The notes under the pieces are model-generated. The model searched no databases. It was not told the origin of the DNA and was given only the letters and a program-made list of their open reading frames with translations. Made by a program: the position numbers and the translations under genes. A stretch of 64,000 nucleotides of DNA, from IMG/VR virus record IMGVR_UViG_3300035126_000842, positions 32,001 to 96,000 of that record. One strand, written 5' to 3'. Within the stretch, counting starts at the first letter, position 1, and each line of letters begins with the position of its first letter. The DNA comes from a virus. Below, one piece after another: positions 61,082-64,000 of this stretch.

Positions 61082-61096
61082 AGCTCAAAAGAGCTA
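61081..61096 (-). promoter_or_regulatory. Short hairpin ending on the A of the start codon of the HU/IHF-like gene
   Basis: TAGCTC-AAAA-GAGCTA, a perfect 6-bp stem. On the minus strand its last base is the A of the AUG at 61081. Confidence 0.35.
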
Positions 61097-61101
61097 CTAA
61101 T

Positions 61102-61653
61102 TTACAAAAGTCCTGGGGTAGTAACAAGAATAGTAACAGAATCACAAGTAGTTACAGGTGAAGAATCACATATTGATCCTACTGAAACTTCATAATCTGT
61201 AGAAGGAGCTAGTCCTGTTATCATAGCTGCTGTAGTAGAAGAAGAATAATCTTGTTGAAATACAGGTGCTCCCCCAGTAGTAGCTTTAACACGGTAACCT
61301 GTTGCTGTTGGATTATCAACCCAAACTACAGTCAAACTAGTTTGTGTAGCATCAGATACTACAACTCCCAAAGGACTTTGACAATTAGGAGCATTCTGTA
61401 CACAAGTAGGATTTGTTTGTAATAATACAAGCGCTTGATACGCTTCTACAGCACTAGACCCTGTGTTTATAGGTGTTTCTAATAAACTTTGGTAAGGAAC
61501 AACAGTAGTTGTAGGATAGACAACACCGTTAGCAGGATAGTATTGAGAAGGTGCTATACCTCCGTTTGCTGCAGATAATTCATGATAACCCTCAGGAGTT
61601 ACTCCAGGTACATCATTACAATTACAGGGTTTATTATTACACTTACAAGCCAT
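61102..61653 (-). CDS. Cys-rich structural protein with a fibronectin type III-like domain
   Basis: SPLGVVVSDATQTSLTVVW...GYRV...ITGLAPSTDYEVSVGSIC is an FN3 pattern. N-terminus MACKCNNKPCNC. Confidence 0.7.
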   Translation of the reverse strand: MACKCNNKPCNCNDVPGVTPEGYHELSAANGGIAPSQYYPANGVVYPTTTVVPYQSLLETPINTGSSAVEAYQALVLLQTNPTCVQNAPNCQSPLGVVVSDATQTSLTVVWVDNPTATGYRVKATTGGAPVFQQDYSSSTTAAMITGLAPSTDYEVSVGSICDSSPVTTCDSVTILVTTPGLL

Positions 61654-61654
61654 A

Positions 61655-63085
61655 TCAAGTTCCGGGTAATGTTTCTACTACTACAGTAGGACAATTTGTA
61701 TTAATTCCTGCTGATACATTTACAATATTCATTATCAGGTCGTAAGATACTTCAGAAGATAATCCTGTAATACTACCTGTAATAGTTCCTCCTGCTACAT
61801 TAGAATGTGTTACTGAAGTAACTAGTACAGAAGGACTGCCTGTAATATATACAGAAATTACATAAGTCATTCCTGCAGAACCAGTAAATGAATATCCTAT
61901 ATTATCAACTCCTGCTGTGTAAACTACTTCAGGACAAACTGCAGGATTTTGAATGCCTAAACAAAGTGATTTTTCACAAGTAATTCCTTTAGCAGCATTT
62001 ACAAAACAAGAATTGACGCTAACATTATAATTAGAAGCAGGTGCTAAAGGTGTACTGCCAATAAGAATAACATAAGGAGTTAAAGTACCTGCGTAAGATT
62101 GAATAGGTATTTTTACATTCATACTATTACCTAAACTATCGGAAATAGTAAAGGTTGCACCCAATGGATCACATGCTGTAAATCCTGATGGTATTACTAC
62201 AGAATCAAAATAAAACTCAATTTGCGTACCTGAAGCATCAACTGTAGAACTAATAGCCCAAACAAAATCAGAACATTCTGTGTTGCAACAATTAAGTTTA
62301 ATGTCTTTAATAGCAGCTCTCATATCACAAAGAGTCAACCATAAATTATTAATTGATTCAGATAAGTTATTAGGACTTGTTTCCCATCCTGGAATAGCAC
62401 TCATAGTACCATTTGTGGAAAGAGATGTATCAGTATTTAGATTTAAACACTGTCGTGAAATAGCAGTAACAATTTCGTTATTAGAACCCAATAACTGCTG
62501 CATACTACAAAAATCTTCTTCTAATGCAGATAATACTTCACTAATAGGTGTAGCAACTGCAGGAAGTACGCATACAGGAATTATTTCAGGTTCAACAAAA
62601 ATAGGTGCTGGAGCATCTTCTAGTTCTGTAATTCTGTCTTCGTGATTTGCTAAAGTAGGATTAATCTCATCTTCTATTACAGTTGCAGAACCAGCACTAT
62701 TATTAGCAATAGCAGCGATAACATCTTCTAAACTTTCTCCTTCTTCTGTAATGACTGTAGCATCCCAAGCACAAGTTTTAACATCAGTACAAGTAAAAGT
62801 AGGAGTTGGTTCAGGAGGAGTTGCATTTTGCAATTCGCAAACAGCTTCTGCTATTAATTCTAAAGCATCCTCTAAATTTACAGTATGTGCTGGATTAAGA
62901 CATAAAGTATATTCTTTTTGAGTAAACTCACAGAGAATTGTACCTAAACCAAATATAACATCACCTACACTATCACCTACACAAATTTCAAAACAATCTA
63001 AGTTCTGATTATTGTAGATAACACACTCCGAAGAAACGGGATTGCAACTTAAACTTTTATTAGAGGAGTTAGTAGGTCTTGCCAT
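61655..63085 (-). CDS. Cys-rich putative tail fibre/spike protein (476 aa)
   Basis: N-terminal CNPVSSECV..., a coiled-coil NHEDRITELE, and C-terminal Ig/FN3-like beta domains (ITGLSSEVSYDL). Confidence 0.6.
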   Translation of the reverse strand: MARPTNSSNKSLSCNPVSSECVIYNNQNLDCFEICVGDSVGDVIFGLGTILCEFTQKEYTLCLNPAHTVNLEDALELIAEAVCELQNATPPEPTPTFTCTDVKTCAWDATVITEEGESLEDVIAAIANNSAGSATVIEDEINPTLANHEDRITELEDAPAPIFVEPEIIPVCVLPAVATPISEVLSALEEDFCSMQQLLGSNNEIVTAISRQCLNLNTDTSLSTNGTMSAIPGWETSPNNLSESINNLWLTLCDMRAAIKDIKLNCCNTECSDFVWAISSTVDASGTQIEFYFDSVVIPSGFTACDPLGATFTISDSLGNSMNVKIPIQSYAGTLTPYVILIGSTPLAPASNYNVSVNSCFVNAAKGITCEKSLCLGIQNPAVCPEVVYTAGVDNIGYSFTGSAGMTYVISVYITGSPSVLVTSVTHSNVAGGTITGSITGLSSEVSYDLIMNIVNVSAGINTNCPTVVVETLPGT

Positions 63086-63100
63086 ATACTTAATATAATA

Positions 63101-63340
63101 TTATTTACAACATTCTCCAAATGAAACTGGAAATATAGTAACAGTATCGTTAGTTAAAATCAATTCGGTATCAACATCTTGAATAAGACTAAACTCTGCA
63201 AGCTTATGTCTTACATCAAGTTTGTTAAAGTTTTCTTTACAGCAAGTCTCTATACCAAATTTCATTTCTTTAAATTTGTTATACATGTAATCTGCAAAGT
63301 CACATTTTATTTCTTCTATTTCACATAAAGTACAACTCAT
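63101..63340 (-). CDS. Small Cys-rich structural-region protein (79 aa)
   Basis: ATG 63340 overlaps the upstream TGA (ATGA) and is preferred over TTG 63379. MSCTLC...FGIETCC...ECCK. Confidence 0.65.
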   Translation of the reverse strand: MSCTLCEIEEIKCDFADYMYNKFKEMKFGIETCCKENFNKLDVRHKLAEFSLIQDVDTELILTNDTVTIFPVSFGECCK

Positions 63341-63456
63341 TTTCCTTGGGATATAGCTAATGAAAGACAATTTGTGCAAACTTGGGTTCCTTTAGGAGTC
63401 TTTCTAAGTTTACAACTACAACCTAAAGATGCTTTACAATTAGGACACATACTCAT
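63337..63456 (-). CDS. 39-aa Cys-rich microprotein missed by the ORF track
   Basis: MSMCPNCKASLGCSCKLRKTPKGTQVCTNCLSLAISQGK. It fills the gap exactly, starting 1 nt after the upstream stop and overlapping the next gene by ATGA. Confidence 0.75.
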   Translation of the reverse strand: MSMCPNCKASLGCSCKLRKTPKGTQVCTNCLSLAISQGK

Positions 63457-63457
63457 A

Positions 63458-64000
63458 TTATTTACAAGATTTACAAGTAAAACGATCTAATAATTTATTT
63501 GCATACTGAAACATCATACTTCCAGCTTCGCGTTTATGACAAATTTCAACTTTTGCTACAGCAGCTTTCATCATATTTTCAATAAGTCTCAATTTTGCTA
63601 AATCTTCTTCTAATTCTGCAGATGGCATACAACCTACATTATCAATCTTACAATATGCTTTTTGTAAGTTATTAAGAAACTTAGTTATTCTAAGATGATT
63701 GTATTCTACAAACACTTGAGTATTAGGATTTATACTATACTTAACAACATATACACCATCTGGAAATTCAGGGTAATCTGTAATAGGGGTAGGTGCAGGT
63801 AATAAACCTGCATCGTAAGCAGAAAGATTTTCTATAAAAGGAAATGTAGTAGGAACAATAACACCTGGTGTAGTGTATCCTGGACCCAACACAGTTAAAA
63901 TAGGATTGGTTACAGGAGTAACTGTGTAATTACTAGCATCTGCAATTCTCATTACAGAAGGGTTCATTGTTTGAATAAAATCTAAAGCTAACTGTGACAT
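63458..64000 (-). CDS. Putative virion structural protein (180 aa)
   Basis: ORF heading the tail block in this window: PDGVYVVKYSINPN...EYNHLRIT...AKVEICH. The start may lie at or beyond the window edge. Confidence 0.6.
   Translation of the reverse strand: MSQLALDFIQTMNPSVMRIADASNYTVTPVTNPILTVLGPGYTTPGVIVPTTFPFIENLSAYDAGLLPAPTPITDYPEFPDGVYVVKYSINPNTQVFVEYNHLRITKFLNNLQKAYCKIDNVGCMPSAELEEDLAKLRLIENMMKAAVAKVEICHKREAGSMMFQYANKLLDRFTCKSCK

Larger units (their letters stand above)
1..64000. other. Segment of a crAss-like (Crassvirales-type) dsDNA phage genome
   Basis: Virion RNAP-type GGDFDVDKL polyprotein among giant cargo genes. Gene order of ring proteins, HU/IHF-like, muzzle, then cargo. PolB with NTDG motif and a MoxR/VWA pair. 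Convergent replication (+) and virion (-) blocks. No host housekeeping genes and no obvious Shine-Dalgarno sequences. Confidence 0.85.

Noticed and set aside
1-64000. Stop-codon reassignment (TAG or TGA read as sense), known in some crAss-like phages
   Set aside because: Very long ORFs are intact under the standard code. TGA and TAA end many coupled genes, and TAG ends the gene at 41183. No fragmentation pattern is seen.
1-64000. tRNA, rRNA, CRISPR array, integrase or terminal repeats
   Set aside because: Intergenic spaces are at most about 70 nt. I saw no cloverleaf, regularly spaced repeat-spacer array or recombinase motifs by eye; a tRNA scan would be needed to exclude tRNAs formally.

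Overview
AT-rich, gene-dense 64 kb segment of a crAss-like (Crassvirales-type) phage genome, probably infecting Bacteroidota, read with the standard genetic code. Bases 1-10122 (+) carry a replication and nucleotide-metabolism block: VWA protein, MoxR AAA+ ATPase, PD-(D/E)xK exonuclease, family B DNA polymerase, DUF932-like protein, dCTP deaminase, MazG-like and nucleotidyltransferase-like genes. It ends at a convergent terminator. Bases 10166-64000 (-) carry the virion block: tail fibre, ring and muzzle-type genes, then about 43 kb of predicted ejected cargo proteins including a 3741-aa virion RNA polymerase polyprotein (DFDVD) and two free-standing homing endonucleases. The most striking observation is a terminal-cysteine code. 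Six cargo proteins (9119 aa, consecutive apart from one endonuclease insertion) contain only 10 Cys by my count, and all lie within 8 residues of a terminus. The first protein has only a C-terminal Cys, the last only an N-terminal Cys, and the four between have one at each end. This is the pattern expected of a head-to-tail disulfide-linked ejection chain into which effector modules (GNAT, ADP-ribosyltransferase) have been slotted. A second cargo cluster (41183-53606) is built from modules punctuated by a recurring K/R/Q-x-G-G motif. Family assignments come from motif recognition without database searches.
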